From Lytechinus pictus (lineage: Eukaryota): DNA of 64,000 bases. Below, in pieces: positions 42,082 through 54,120 of this stretch. Numbering within the stretch: position 1 is the stretch's first letter; each line of letters begins with the position of its first letter. The notes under the pieces are model-generated. The model was not told the DNA's origin. It saw only the letters and a list, made by a program, of their open reading frames with translations, and made no database searches. Position numbers and translations under genes: made by a program. The stretch covers positions 10,542,001 through 10,606,000 of the forward strand of contig NC_087250.1 in assembly GCF_037042905.1 (NCBI RefSeq). Direction: 5' to 3'.

Positions 42082-42338
42082 TGTGACGAGATAATAATAC
42101 ACGTTTAAGTCTGGAGTACAGACTAGAAAAAGGATATCGCTATGTGAACAACGGACTTGTGAATCTGAATCGTCATGTGTACATTTTGTAAATAAACTGT
42201 TTTTAAACGATTTGACACGGCGTGGCTTGTTTGCTAATTCAGGAGTGTCTGAATGGAGAACAAGATTCAGGAGGTTTACGTTGGAGTTTGTCCAGGACAG
42301 GTAACAATAAGAGCTTGTCAGGACCAGCAAATGTAACA
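42082..42338 (+). repeat. 3' LTR
   Basis: TGTGACG…TGTAACA, preceded by the purine tract aaggaagggag. Confidence 0.97.
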
Positions 42339-43543
42339 CCGTTTCTTTTACGTCAATGCATTTATAATGAAATTCTGATTAATTTGATACCTTGATCAAC
42401 CTTCTACGACCAGTAGTAAAGGAATTAGCTTCTATCAAATTTTGAATAACGCGCGCACGCGCGCGTTCACAATTTAGGCCAAATATGTGGAAAAACATGC
42501 CTTTACAAAATTTAATATAACTCTTCGGATAGTCCGTTGACCCTCAAATATTCTTTTAAATTCCGATAGAGTATGAATTGTAGATGTGATTTCATGTCAC
42601 ATTTGACCCTAAATTTTATCATGACGTCATCAAAATGGCGTCGGAACTAAAATTTTCCATTTTTGTTTTATGACGTTTTAATAATTTTGCAAATATGACT
42701 ATAACTCCGTAAATATTGGTCAATTTTCGCCCAGTTTTTTTATATGTTGTAGCTGAATACATACTCTTTCTAATGTAATGGCTATATTAACATTTAAAGG
42801 AACGGATCATCCTGAAAAATGGCAAGTTATAAAGGCATGTCATTTTCGCTCATTTTGTGTGCAATCTCTATGGGAAATGACTTTTTCTCAAAACTGGATT
42901 TTACATTCCTCTATTTCGCGAGCCATATCTCCATTTCTAATCGTCGGTTTTCTCTTAGCTTGAAGTATAATTTAGCTGAGATTGTAAGCTATCGCAATCT
43001 GGTCTTATTTTTCTGATAAGAAGCCGGGATCATGCCCGTATTTTTCTTGAAAAATTGGATTTGAGATCCTCTCAATTTGCTTATGTGTAAAGTCTATGGG
43101 AAATAGTGCTTATGTGTATTAGTCTATGGGAAATAGTGTAGCTCAGTTGATAAGGCACCAGACTTGCGTCCTTAGGGTCGAGGGTTCGAGCCCAGGGGTG
43201 AATATGAGAATTTTTCTTTTCTTTTTTGTTTATTTTCAACATTTCACAAATGGTCCTTTATGACCATTACAATGTATATATTGCACAATAAAATAGTTTT
43301 AAAACCGTTTTATTATAACTTGTACATATACCATGTGTAACACTTATTTCACAAAACTTTTCATTTCCCTCTTTTCAAGGGTATTCAACATGTTCTCTTC
43401 GTAATAAAAGTTCAGTTTTGAATATGATCATCGTATTTATCTCAATAAACATGGTGATTGTATTCGTGATCATGAAAATCAGAGACAGATCACCTAATTC
43501 GTCCTCATGACGAATTAAAGTTCTAGTTTGTTTTGTGTTTTAA

Positions 43544-44148
43544 AGGTCAAGTCCACCCCAACAAAATGTTGATTTGAATACACGTATAGAGAAAAATCAA
43601 ACTAGCATAACACTGAAAAAACTTCATCAAAATCGGATGTAAAATAAGAAAGTTATGGCATTTTAAAGTTTCGCTTATTTTTCACAAAAAAAGTGATATG
43701 TACATCTCAGTGACATGCAAATGAGACAGTCGATGATGTCCATCACTCACTATTTCTTTTGTTTTTTATTGTTTGAATTATACAATATTTCATTTTTTAC
43801 AGATTTGACAATAAGGACCAACTTGACTGAACCATATAGTATTTATAAAACAATGCTAATTCCACATGTTCAGGGAGGAATTACTCTTTGTTTCACTTGA
43901 CAATGAGGAGAAAATTAGAATATTTCATGTAATGAAATACAAAAGAAATAGTAAGTGGATGACGTCATCAGTCTCCTCATTTGCATACCAACCCGGATGT
44001 ATATAACTGTTTTGTGAAATTATGCAAAACTTTAAAATGTCATAACTTTCTTATTTTACATCCGATTTTGATGAAATTTTCAGTGTTATGCTTGTCGGAT
44101 TTTTCTCTATTTATTCAAATCAACTTATGGTTGGGGTGGACTTGTCCT
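43544..44148. mobile_element. TTAA-flanked MITE with long TIRs (Kolobok-like)
   Basis: ttaa-aggtcaagtccacccc … ggggtggacttgtcct-ttaa. Confidence 0.8.
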
Positions 44149-44179
44149 TTAAGTACGTTTCATTCTCCGCTGGCGATAT

Positions 44180-45075
44180 TAATGATGATAATGTGGTGGC
44201 GGTGGTGGTGGTAATGATGATGTACATGTACATAGGCTGCGGAAACGGGCAATCGTTTCCCGGCCCCTGATGCAGTGAGGGTGGTAGTGATGTTTGTGGT
44301 TACCATTGTTATTGTCATGGAGATGGTAATGAGGATGATGATGACGATGATAAAGATGATGGTGGAGATGATGATATAATAATGATGCTGATAATGTGAT
44401 AATGATGATGACGATATTCATGTTGTAATGATGTGATGATGAAGATGACCAAATGATGATGATGATGATGATGACGATGATAATAATGATTCTGATGGTG
44501 ATGATTGAATGATCATGATGATGTTGATGATGATAAAATGATGAGGATGAAGGTAATGATGTTGATTATGATGGTAATGATGTTGATGATGATGATAGTG
44601 ATGGTAATGATGAGGATGATGATGACGATGATAATAATGATTCTGATGGTGATGATAAAATGATCATGATGATGTTGATGATGATAAAATGATGAGGATG
44701 AAGGTAATGATGTTGATGATGATGATAGTGATGTTGATGATGATGATAGTGATGGTAATGAGGATGATGATGATGATGATGGTAATGATGATGGTAATAA
44801 TGATGGTGATGATGACGGTAATGATGTTGATGATGTTGATGAGGATGAAGGTAATGATGATTGTGGTGATGATGATGGTAATGATGATGTTGATGAAGAT
44901 GACTGATGATGATAATGATAAAATGATGGTGACAATAACATGATGATGAGGATGAAGGTGATGATAATGGTGATGACGATGGTGTTGTTGATGACGATAA
45001 TGATGATGATTGATGATGATGTAGATGGAAGCTCGAGGCGAAAGGTGAAATCATTGCGGTCGTGATGATGATAAT
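44180..45075. repeat. (GAT)n degenerate microsatellite
   Basis: Directly visible. Confidence 0.95.
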
Positions 45076-45714
45076 AACAGATCTGAGTTAATGTGATAAT
45101 TATCAATCAAATGATAATTATCAATCAAATAATAATTATCAATGATATGATGTACATGTATATGGCAAGTTTTTTGGAAGAGATTATTTTACAATACAAT
45201 GATCCAGCCAACAAATTATAATAATAATATAATAATAATATAATAATAAATAAATAATAATAATAAAAGACAATCAAGAGACATACATCAAAGTTAATAC
45301 TAGCCTTACGCCATGTAAAATTTCATGAGAAAATCATGATCATTAGAAAGTCAAAATAATTGAAAGAATTCAGCCCTATTTATGATTTCACTGTTAAAAT
45401 AGGGAGGGATATTTAACAACATCCCCCCCACCACCATTGCCAACAGCGCATACAGATACTGACATGATGATTCAAAGATACAGTACCTAGAGGCTGATAC
45501 GCAATAGCGGTTAAAAGCTACAGAAATCCTTCCATCTGATTGGCTGATCAATGGTAAATGTCTTAAAAGAAATTGTCTTTATGAAACGGGACCCAGGAGA
45601 AGATCAACTTCCTGAGTATTCTTGTAGCCAAACATGAATAGCACGTGCTGAAATCTTGCAAGTTAATTTTAGATTAAAGGATCCTTCACATCCACTCCAT
45701 GATGAACATTAAAA

Positions 45715-46000
45715 AATAATAATAATAATAATAATTAGACTTATTTCGCGCCAAATCCACTCTGTAGAGTGCTCAAGGCGCTTTTTAGGAAATTATAAAA
45801 GAAATTAAGAAGAATTGAAGAGAAATGTTTTGAGGTAATGTTTGAAAGTTTCAGAGGTCAAGCACTGTTTGATGTTTTCAGGGAGGCTATTCCATAACTT
45901 AGAGGATGAGTAAACAAATGATCTTTCACCCCAGGTTTTGGAAACTTTGGGGGTAACAAGAGAATTGGAAAAGGAGGAACGTAAGGATCTTGAAGGGGTA
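45715..46000 (-). mobile_element. 5'-truncated L2-like LINE 3' end with (TAT)n tail
   Basis: - strand reads PSRSLRSS…WGERSF…KLWNSLPENIKQCLTSETFKHYLKT, followed by gcgccttgagcac…tail. Confidence 0.75.
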
Positions 46001-46117
46001 TTTGATCAGTGAAATGAGGTAAAAAAACTTCAAACCCATCAAAGGCAGCAGAAAGTATTAAAGCAATTAGGGTCGCGAATCATACATAAATAGTTTCCCA
46101 GACAATGATATCACAAT

Positions 46118-47022
46118 AGGGCCGTCTGCACCATCCCGAGTTTTAAAATTAGCACGCTATTTCTGATCTGGCAAATTATCCCGATCTGCACAATCTCGAG
46201 ATTATTTGTAATGGAGACACAATTATCGCGATAGTTCGTAGGATTAATCTTGAGATTGCAATCCCAAGTCAACTTGGGATTATTTGCAAATATTTTACAA
46301 ATTATGGCGCTAAATTGCAGGTGCAGACCCACTCGGAATTATTTCTTCACGGCGATGGTGGAGACAGGGTTTCTTGAATCTAGAGATTAATCGCGAAGAG
46401 GGCCGATCGGGCTAAAGTCTCGAGATTGAGCCAACTCGGGATGGTGCAGCACCGCCTAAGGCCAACAATTTACAACTAGGGCTAGGACTACAAGCAAGCA
46501 AGCACACAAACACACACACAAAAATATTAAATCAAAGAGGCGACAAATTTCATGAGGCTCTTGTCAATCAAACTTATTTGTGGTTTCAAGATTAGCTCCA
46601 GCTGGAACATCACTCATCTAAAGGCGGTGCTGCACCATCCCAAGTTTGCTCAATCTCGAGATTTTAGCCCGATCGGCCCTCTTCGCGATTAATCTTGAGA
46701 TTCAAGAAACCCCGTCTCCACCATCACAAGAAGAGCGATTCCTGCTCGAGCGAGGCATCGATGCATTATGGTCTGACGCCGTGAATAAATAATCCCGAGT
46801 GCGTCTGCACCTACGAATTAGCGCGATAATTCGTAAAATAGCGCGCTATTTTGCAAATAATCCCAAGTTGACTTGGGATTGCAATCTCGAGATTAATACT
46901 ACGAACTAGCGCGATAATTGCATCTCCATTGCAAATAATCTCGAGATTGTTCAGATCGGGATAATTTGTCGGATCAGAAATAGCGCGCTAATTTGAAAAC
47001 TCGGGATGGTGCAGACGGCCCT
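46118..47022. mobile_element. Two inverted copies of one MITE (46118-46457 and 46622-47022)
   Basis: Each has TIRs tgcaccatcccgag / ctcgggatggtgca; the internal sequences are reverse complements of each other. Confidence 0.8.
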
Positions 47023-47254
47023 TTGGAGGAAACAGATTCTTGAGGTCAGATAGAAGACCCAGTTCCAGGCCTAATGTAATTACGTAACCCAGGCATTATG
47101 ATCTAGGCTAATAATAATAATTAATAAAATTAACATTATTTGTATAGCGCTTATCACAAAACATGTCTCTAAGCGCTTTAGAAAGAGAGAAGAAATATCA
47201 GCAAAAAACTAAAGTAATTGTACATGTATAGTTCATAGTAGACTGTATTAAAGT

Positions 47255-48657
47255 AAGCTTGTAACCGATTTTGCAATCGGCAACCGATTCCATTCGATTT
47301 CACCACAATCGGCAATCACTTGCCGATCTTCGATCATGCCCCTTGAAGGAAAAAATCGAAAATAAAAAATCGGCGTAGATCTGGTTACAGTGCGTGATCG
47401 CTCAGAACATATTTCAAGATTGTTTTTGAGGTGCTAGCTATTTAGAGGTCGCATTATTCAGGGAGAAAGTCGCGGTATTATCTATGGCAATGTTTAAGGG
47501 GATAGATATCTTCTCTTCCAACTCATGGTGATAGCGGATGCCGCCGTGAACTTTGAAAGGTCGTATTACCGACGGAGCTCACTGCGTTACTCTCTTACAT
47601 CGTTTATGATTATATACATTTTATTTTCAACCTCGTGGTGATAGCGGATGCCGTCGTGAACTTTGAAAGGTCGTATTACCGACGGAGCTCACTGCGCTAC
47701 TCTCTTACCCCCTTTATAATGATATAAATCTTCTCTTCAACCTCGTGGTGATAGCGGACCCCGCCATTAACTTTTAAAGACTGTACTATTGACGGAGCTT
47801 ATTGCGTTACTCTCTTACATCGTTTATGATGATATACATTTTATTTTCAACCTCGTGGTGATAGCGGATGCCGCCGTGAACTTTGAAAGGTCGTACTATT
47901 GACGGAGCTCATTGCGTTACTCTCTTACATCGTTTATGATGATTTACATTTTATTTTCAACCTCGTGGTGATAGCGGACCCCGCCGTGAACTTTTAAAGA
48001 TCGTGCTACTGACGGAGCTCACTGCGCTACTCTCTTACCCCCTTTATGATGATAGACATCTTCTCTTCAACCTCGTGGTGATAGCGGACCCCGCCGTGAA
48101 CTTCAAATTGATTTGAAAACGCTAGCTACCCAAAACATTTTAATAACATATTTCAAATCATCGTGTGTGCTTGCGTCGTCTACTTCATTTTAATTGCACT
48201 TGCGACTTTAAGATGATGCGTCGTAAGAGATCATTCCAATAATTCTAAATCGCTAGCACCTAAAAATACTTCTAAAAGATGTCCCGCCGATCGTTCATTA
48301 ACCTGTGATCTATGAGAAATATTTTCATTTTATTTTCCTTTGCGCCTTTGCTCGGAAGATGCGTCTTTCGTTTATCTTTCTAATGAAAATCACTCGGTTT
48401 ATTTTAAAGCAATAACACCTCAAAATCCCTGGCTTTAAAACATGTTCCAAACGATCGCGCATGTTGGCGACTTCCATTCCAATGCATTCGTCTTTGTGAC
48501 TTTGTCAGGAAGATGCGCGCGACCGCGAACAACATTTTGATGTATTCCTTTGTTTTTAAACATCGCCGATTCGATTTTCGATTCGATTTCGATTTTAGAA
48601 GCTTAACTGCCGATCCGATTTTCGATCTGATTTTTGATCCGATTTACAACATTATTA
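47255..48657. mobile_element. Putative non-autonomous DNA transposon carrying the 110-bp array
   Basis: ttgtaa / ttacaa near the ends; clustered ccgatt / aatcgg motifs at both ends; internal inverted matches (47391-47410 vs 48442-48461); 8-bp flanking repeat attaaagt. Confidence 0.55.
47521..48103. repeat. 110-bp tandem repeat array (5.3 units)
   Basis: Units start at 47521, 47631, 47741, 47851, 47961 and 48071 (cctcgtggtgatagcgga…). Confidence 0.95.
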
Positions 48658-48664
48658 ATTAAAG

Positions 48665-49480
48665 TGTAACAGTTGAGTGGCTTCACATGCAAAGGGAAAG
48701 GGTATTTTTAACAAAAAAGTAGGGTTTTAACATGGATTTGAAAGTCTCTGTTGGATCTGCTTGTTTGATACTTTGTGGTAGATTGTTCCAGAGATGAGGG
48801 GATGCGGAATAAAAAGATCGTGAACCATAAGATTGGGTATTGGTGGCAGGAACTGATTTGTTTCTTGAGCACAAGTTGCGGGAGGGTGAATATTCTGATA
48901 TCAACTCTTGAAGATAGACTGGAGCTGATTTCTTCAAACATTGGAATGTCAGCAAGAGGATCATAAAATCAATTCGTTTCGGGATCTTTAGCGTGTGAAG
49001 CTCTCTCAGCAGTGGAGTGACAGACTCATGTGAACGATGATTAGCAATCACTCTAGCGGCTGAATTTTGTACTCTCTGCAGTTTGTTAATTCGTGCATCA
49101 GTCATATAAAAGACTGTTGCAAAAGTCAATGCGAGACATGACTAGTGCCTGAACGAGTCTTTGGGTGGTCTTTTTTGAGAGAAATGGACGGATGCTACCA
49201 ATTTTATGCAACGCAAATTATGAGGCAGATATGCATACATTGTTCACAAGAGTCTTCAGAAACAGATTATTATCAAATGTGACCCCTTAGTTTCTGGCAC
49301 ATGGAGAACATTCTACATCAGTACCATCTGAAACAAATATCACCAATTGGACTACAAGTAGTACAAGTCCGATGCCTGCTAACAAAGTGTAAACATTCCG
49401 TTTTAGTTTAATTTAACTTCAATCCATGCTGTATAGACCAATTTTAAATGTCTGTAAAACAGACGTTAACATTAATAAGA
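48665..49480 (-). pseudogene. Degenerate L2/CR1-type LINE ORF2 3' fragment
   Basis: KLQRVQNSAARVI…VTPLLRELH…RIDF…APVYLQELI…PSRNL…LWNNLP…FKSMLK, with frameshifts upstream. Confidence 0.85.
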
Positions 49481-51657
49481 TCTAGCATGGTTGGTGATTA
49501 AAAATTTGTTATATTTGATTTAAATCAGATATTTTTTTTAAATTGAAATCAGATTTTTTAATTTATTTTCTATTTTTATAAAAAAATGTTTTTAGGGAAA
49601 TTTAGAACAAAGCACAAACACCAATAAATATAATCCTTTACATTGACATAAACTTAAAAATCATACATTTCACTACTATTACTAAATTACTTCTTCGCTT
49701 TTTATTTCATAATTACATCAAGTAGATCTACATGTAAAAAGAGAATTTTTAGAAAATATTAAAGTCATGAAGATGCTGACAATTTCTGCTTTGTCTGCGT
49801 CCTCTGAGGTACAATGTAGAGAGCTCCTACTGACTGCTTCAATCAAAGTTAATGAACTTTCTTGGTATCACTAGTATAGGGCCTAGACAGCTGGCAGCCG
49901 TCTGTTTCGAGGAGTTTTTCAACATTTTTTAATTTTTTTAATTTCTCCTCATATTTGGTGAGTGGAGCCAACGTAGTTCAGCGGAACAACCAACACAACA
50001 TAGACCAAAGCTTTTGGTCTATATAGGGCCTAGCTACATTTAATTTGGACAGCTGGCAGCCGTCTCTTTCGAGGAGTTTTTACACATTTTTAAAAATTTT
50101 TGATAAATAATTATTATTACAATTATAATTATTTATTATCAAGTTTCAAATTTCATCATAATTTGTTAAATAATAATTTGTATCTATATATTGTTCAAGA
50201 CGGCATTTTGTTATCGCTTATCGAAGCTACGTCATAACGAAGCGGTTCACAGTTCAAGGGTCAAGCCTATTGTATTGCGGGGTTTGCGAATGGATCGAGG
50301 GATTTACACGACTCAACACGAGATCAGTCTGGTAAGAAACCTCTCATTTTTACAAATAGTTTTTTTGCACCTTCATAAAAATATGCATGATTATTAGGCG
50401 TATGACTGTACAGATAAATAAAATGCAAGTTAATTGCAACAACTTTATGTCATATGATTTGCAGGTTTAACATGGATTTCCTAGCCCTAGGGAAATCCAT
50501 CCATGTTTTGATGTCTCGCTTAGCCTGCATGGGGGAGGGTTTCAAGGCATCGTGATGAATAAGACAGTATAGGCCTATGTCAAAATATTAAAAAATATAA
50601 TCACGAAGTCCTCAAGGCTACGCCCACTCCTGTAACACAAAGGTTAGCAATGATCGTAGAACATTTTTCTATGATTGATTGCATTGACTACAATGTACAA
50701 AAAATCGTGAAAATCAAGCGTACGATCAATTGCTAACCTTCGTGTTACGGGACCCTGCTCCACTCCCTCCAGTTCTCAACATGATAATTGTGCACCGCAG
50801 CTGCTGCAACGATCGACCCACTACTATGGAATGCCTTTAATGGCTTGCCAGCATGGCCAGTGAAAAAAATCAAATTATGCCAGAGGAGCAGCGAAATTAT
50901 GCTAAATCACGATAATTATGCCAAACCGTTTTGGACCCTAGGATTTTCCACAGGGGGGGGGGGGGGGGAGCATAACCGTCCGCCAAAAAAAATTGACAAG
51001 CAAAAAAAAAAAAAAAAAAAGTCTTCAATCTTCAAAAGATCAAAATTATGCTAAATCTTACTAACGTTACCGGTATTTTATTATGACAATTGACAGATTC
51101 TTTGCTTAAATTAAAAAAGTCTAATTATGCCCCAAATAATGCTGAAAGGGTCGAAATTATGCCAGAAAGCATTAATTAGGCCTAGGCCCTAGGCCTATGC
51201 CAGTTCTGGCAACGTTGTGGCTAGACAGGAATAACCGTCGCTTCTGTGGATTTATTAAACAATTTCTGACATTTTACTATAATCCCCATAACTATTGGTG
51301 CGTGAGCCAACTCAGTTCAGCAGAACAACCAAAATACAGAGACTGAAGCTTTTGGTCTACGGACTACGTTGTGGCTAACTCAGGGAACTCCCGCCCCGCC
51401 GCACTGCTCGGGCCGGAGCTCCCTGGGTTACGTTGTGGCTTGCTCAATCGAGAAGCGAGCGGTGGATAAAATGCAAATCGCTGCAGCAGCGAGTCTGCTC
51501 AGTTCGCAATCCCATTCCGCCAAAGCAGTACAGATTCATTATCAGTTAATACGCATCATTCATGGAACGAAATGACAACAAATACATATGAAAACTATGT
51601 TTAATCAACTTCACATTTCTGGAATGGCGTAAACAATACCAAATTCTGACAACTTAC

Positions 51658-51770
51658 CGAACAAAATAGGCTCCCAAAACAAAAGGGCTCTTACGCAAAT
51701 CTCTATAGGCCTATCTTGAAAAGAAAAAGCACACGACAGAAATTATGTTATGGCGAGATGGCGCTGTTTG
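51658..51770 (-). promoter_or_regulatory. Candidate promoter and non-coding first exon of the ALDH3 gene
   Basis: Consensus donor (…TTCG/gtaagttg) at 51656-51657 on the - strand; YY1-like agatggcg near 51756-51763; local CpG enrichment. The ATG exon at 29.8 kb has an acceptor, so an upstream exon is needed. Inference only. Confidence 0.4.
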
Positions 51771-51854
51771 TTTTTGTTTTCGAAGAGCTATTCATTCTTC
51801 TCCTTCGAAGCTTCTTCCAGTCAAGAAATCATTATTTTTGCCACTGCTTTTTGA

Positions 51855-52215
51855 GCTTTGTTTTTCTTTGAGAGGGTGAATAGCTTCTTTCTTCTTCAGT
51901 TTTTTCTGTTCAATTTTTTTCTTCTTGTTTTTGTTTTGTTTTCTGTTTTTTCTTTGTCTTCCCTCTTTTTTCTTAAGTTCTTTTCTTTTCCCCTTTTTTT
52001 GTTTCTCTCCATTTCTTTGCTTTTTTCTTTTCTTTTCTTTCCCTTTCATTTCATTTCTTTTCTCTTTTTCTCTCAGTTCTTTCCTTTTCTTTTTCTTCCT
52101 TTTATTTTTCCTTTCCTTTCCTTTTCTTTTACCTTTTCCTTTCCTTTTCTTTTCTCTTTTCTTTTCTTTTCTTTTAATTTCTTTTCTTTTTTCTTTTCTT
52201 TTTCTTTCGCTTTTC
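51855..52215. repeat. Pyrimidine-rich (TTTTC/TTTCC) low-complexity tract
   Basis: Directly visible. Confidence 0.9.
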
Positions 52216-54120
52216 AGCAGAAGTTCTGCTGAATATTTTTCTGATAGAGGGTACCATAGGCCTATACACCAATTGATGTGTCTAGTTAAATGAAAACGAA
52301 TTATGAGACATATTTTAATTAATGCATATGAGGAGTTTGGTTGCAAAACGGGTTAGGTCCATTTTGACCATTCCGAGTAAAATCACTTATTGCAATATTC
52401 TTATGAGAAACTAAATTGTCACGATGAACTTACCCTATCATGTGAACATAAAATTGGGTATAAATTATAAAAGAAATTTACCTGTCCTCAATTTTTTTTC
52501 TGTCATATATTTTTTCAAGAATTATCATTGTGGACCTAACCCCTCTTGCAAGCAAACTGAAATGAATCCAATCCCTTTTGAATAAAAATGTGATTCTTCT
52601 TTGCCACTTTTATTCACGTTTTAACGTAAATTTGACATTTACTTTGGTATAATATAAGAGCGACTAAAAATGTAAATGTTTTTAGACAGAAAACAATAAA
52701 ATTTATGGAAAATTGACCTAACCCCTCTTACAAAATGAGCATTTCAGAAGAGTTTGGTTGCAAAAGGCAGTGGCGTAACTACGGGGGGCATTGGGGCACG
52801 TGCTCCCCCCCCAAAAAAAAAGGGGGGAGGAGAAAAAGACGGAGAAAGGAAAAGAAACTTATATTACAATTATATTATGTTACTGTATATTACATAAGAT
52901 TTTTTTTCCCATAATTTTATGAAACATAATTCCTCAGGACCTATGTCTTCATTGTTCATGGTGCCAGTGGCGTAACAGGCGGGGGGGGGGGGGGGGGGCA
53001 GGGGGGGCAAGCTGCTACCCCCTGGCGGAGCTCACCGGGAAAATAAAAAAAAAACGGGAAAAAGAAAAAAAAAGGGGGGAGGGAAGGGAGGCTCGGTGTA
53101 AAAATGGCAGAGGTAAAAATGGCAGAGGTAAAAATGGCAGAGGTCATAATGGTAGAGGTAAAAATGGTTTTAAAACCCCATGCAAAAAAATATCAAAAAG
53201 CCCCCGCATGTAAGCCCTACATAGATTAACTAAGAAAGGTTCTAAGAAAATAAAAATAATGGAAAGGGTAACATTTTAAAATCATAGATAGATCGTCTGC
53301 ACAAAATTGATAATCTTTTGGTTGGAATATCTTATTTTTTCTGGACTCTCATGGACAGCCTTCTCATGTCAAATCGCTGTATTAATATTCAAATTTGAAG
53401 CACACTCTAGATCGCAATTGTACTTAATTCATTAAAGGGGGAGTTCAACCTCACATAAAATTCATTGTAGAATAGCAGAAAAAAAAATAAAATGATATTG
53501 GTGAGGGTTTTAGGAAATCCATCAAAGATTAAAAAAGCTACACTTTTATATTTTAATGATGACGTCATTTGCGAGCAGTTTTCCCATATTTGGTGTATAA
53601 AAAATACTAATGAAATGTAATTTTCTAGAAAAAAAATCAAAATGGTTTTTATTGTATATCTTCAGTATATATCAAGAGACAAATCATTTCACTTACGCCC
53701 CTGACATATTTTTTAAAAACAATTATGAACCATTTTGCAGTGCATACAATGTCATGGGGCAGCTTTCCATATATTATGACGTCACACCCTAAAACTTAAA
53801 CTTCTAATAACTTTCTTGATCTTTTATGGATTTTTCCTCAAACCTTCACCAATATATTTTCTGCTATTTTTATTATTCATTAGGGCGAACTACGTCTTCA
53901 AAACAGCCCCCATGCAGAGAATGGTACCTATTATAACCTATATAAGAAACACCCATAAATTTGAATCCCTAATTCGCTACACATTTCAAAATTCATGTGG
54001 TAACAGTTACCATACACTAGTTTGGGAACCTGACATCCACTTGGACTATAGCTGCAATGAGGTATTGCTCTAAAGACTGCACAATAATCGTATCATTTCC
54101 ATTTAACGTATCACATTAAT

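Larger units (their letters stand above)
35502..42338 (+). mobile_element. Full-length LTR retrotransposon, Ty3/gypsy superfamily, Gmr1-like (PR-INT-RT-RH order)
   Basis: 257-bp direct repeats TGT…ACA at 35502-35758 and 42082-42338; 5-bp TSD CCGTT (35497-35501 and 42339-42343); PBS, PPT and an intact gag-pol ORF. Confidence 0.97.
34987..43529 (+). mobile_element. Non-autonomous Helentron-type (HINE/DINE-1-like) rolling-circle element, ~1.7 kb, interrupted by the LTR element
   Basis: 16-bp sub-terminal inverted repeat attaggtgatctgtct (34989-35004) / agacagatcacctaat (43483-43498); 5' palindrome 34992-35019; 3' hairpin taattcgtc-ctcat-gacgaatta (43495-43517) followed by CTAG and Ts. Confidence 0.7.

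Noticed and set aside
47521..48103. 110-bp array as a CRISPR-like repeat-spacer locus
   Set aside because: The variable parts are two recurring variants of one sequence rather than unique spacers; the context is eukaryotic and there are no cas genes
48683..49129. Functional 148-aa gene
   Set aside because: Decayed LINE ORF2 C-terminus with upstream frameshifts; reported as a relic instead
51792..52346. Lys-rich 184-aa ORF and the Phe-rich antisense ORFs
   Set aside because: Low-complexity pyrimidine/purine tract; no splice or homology support
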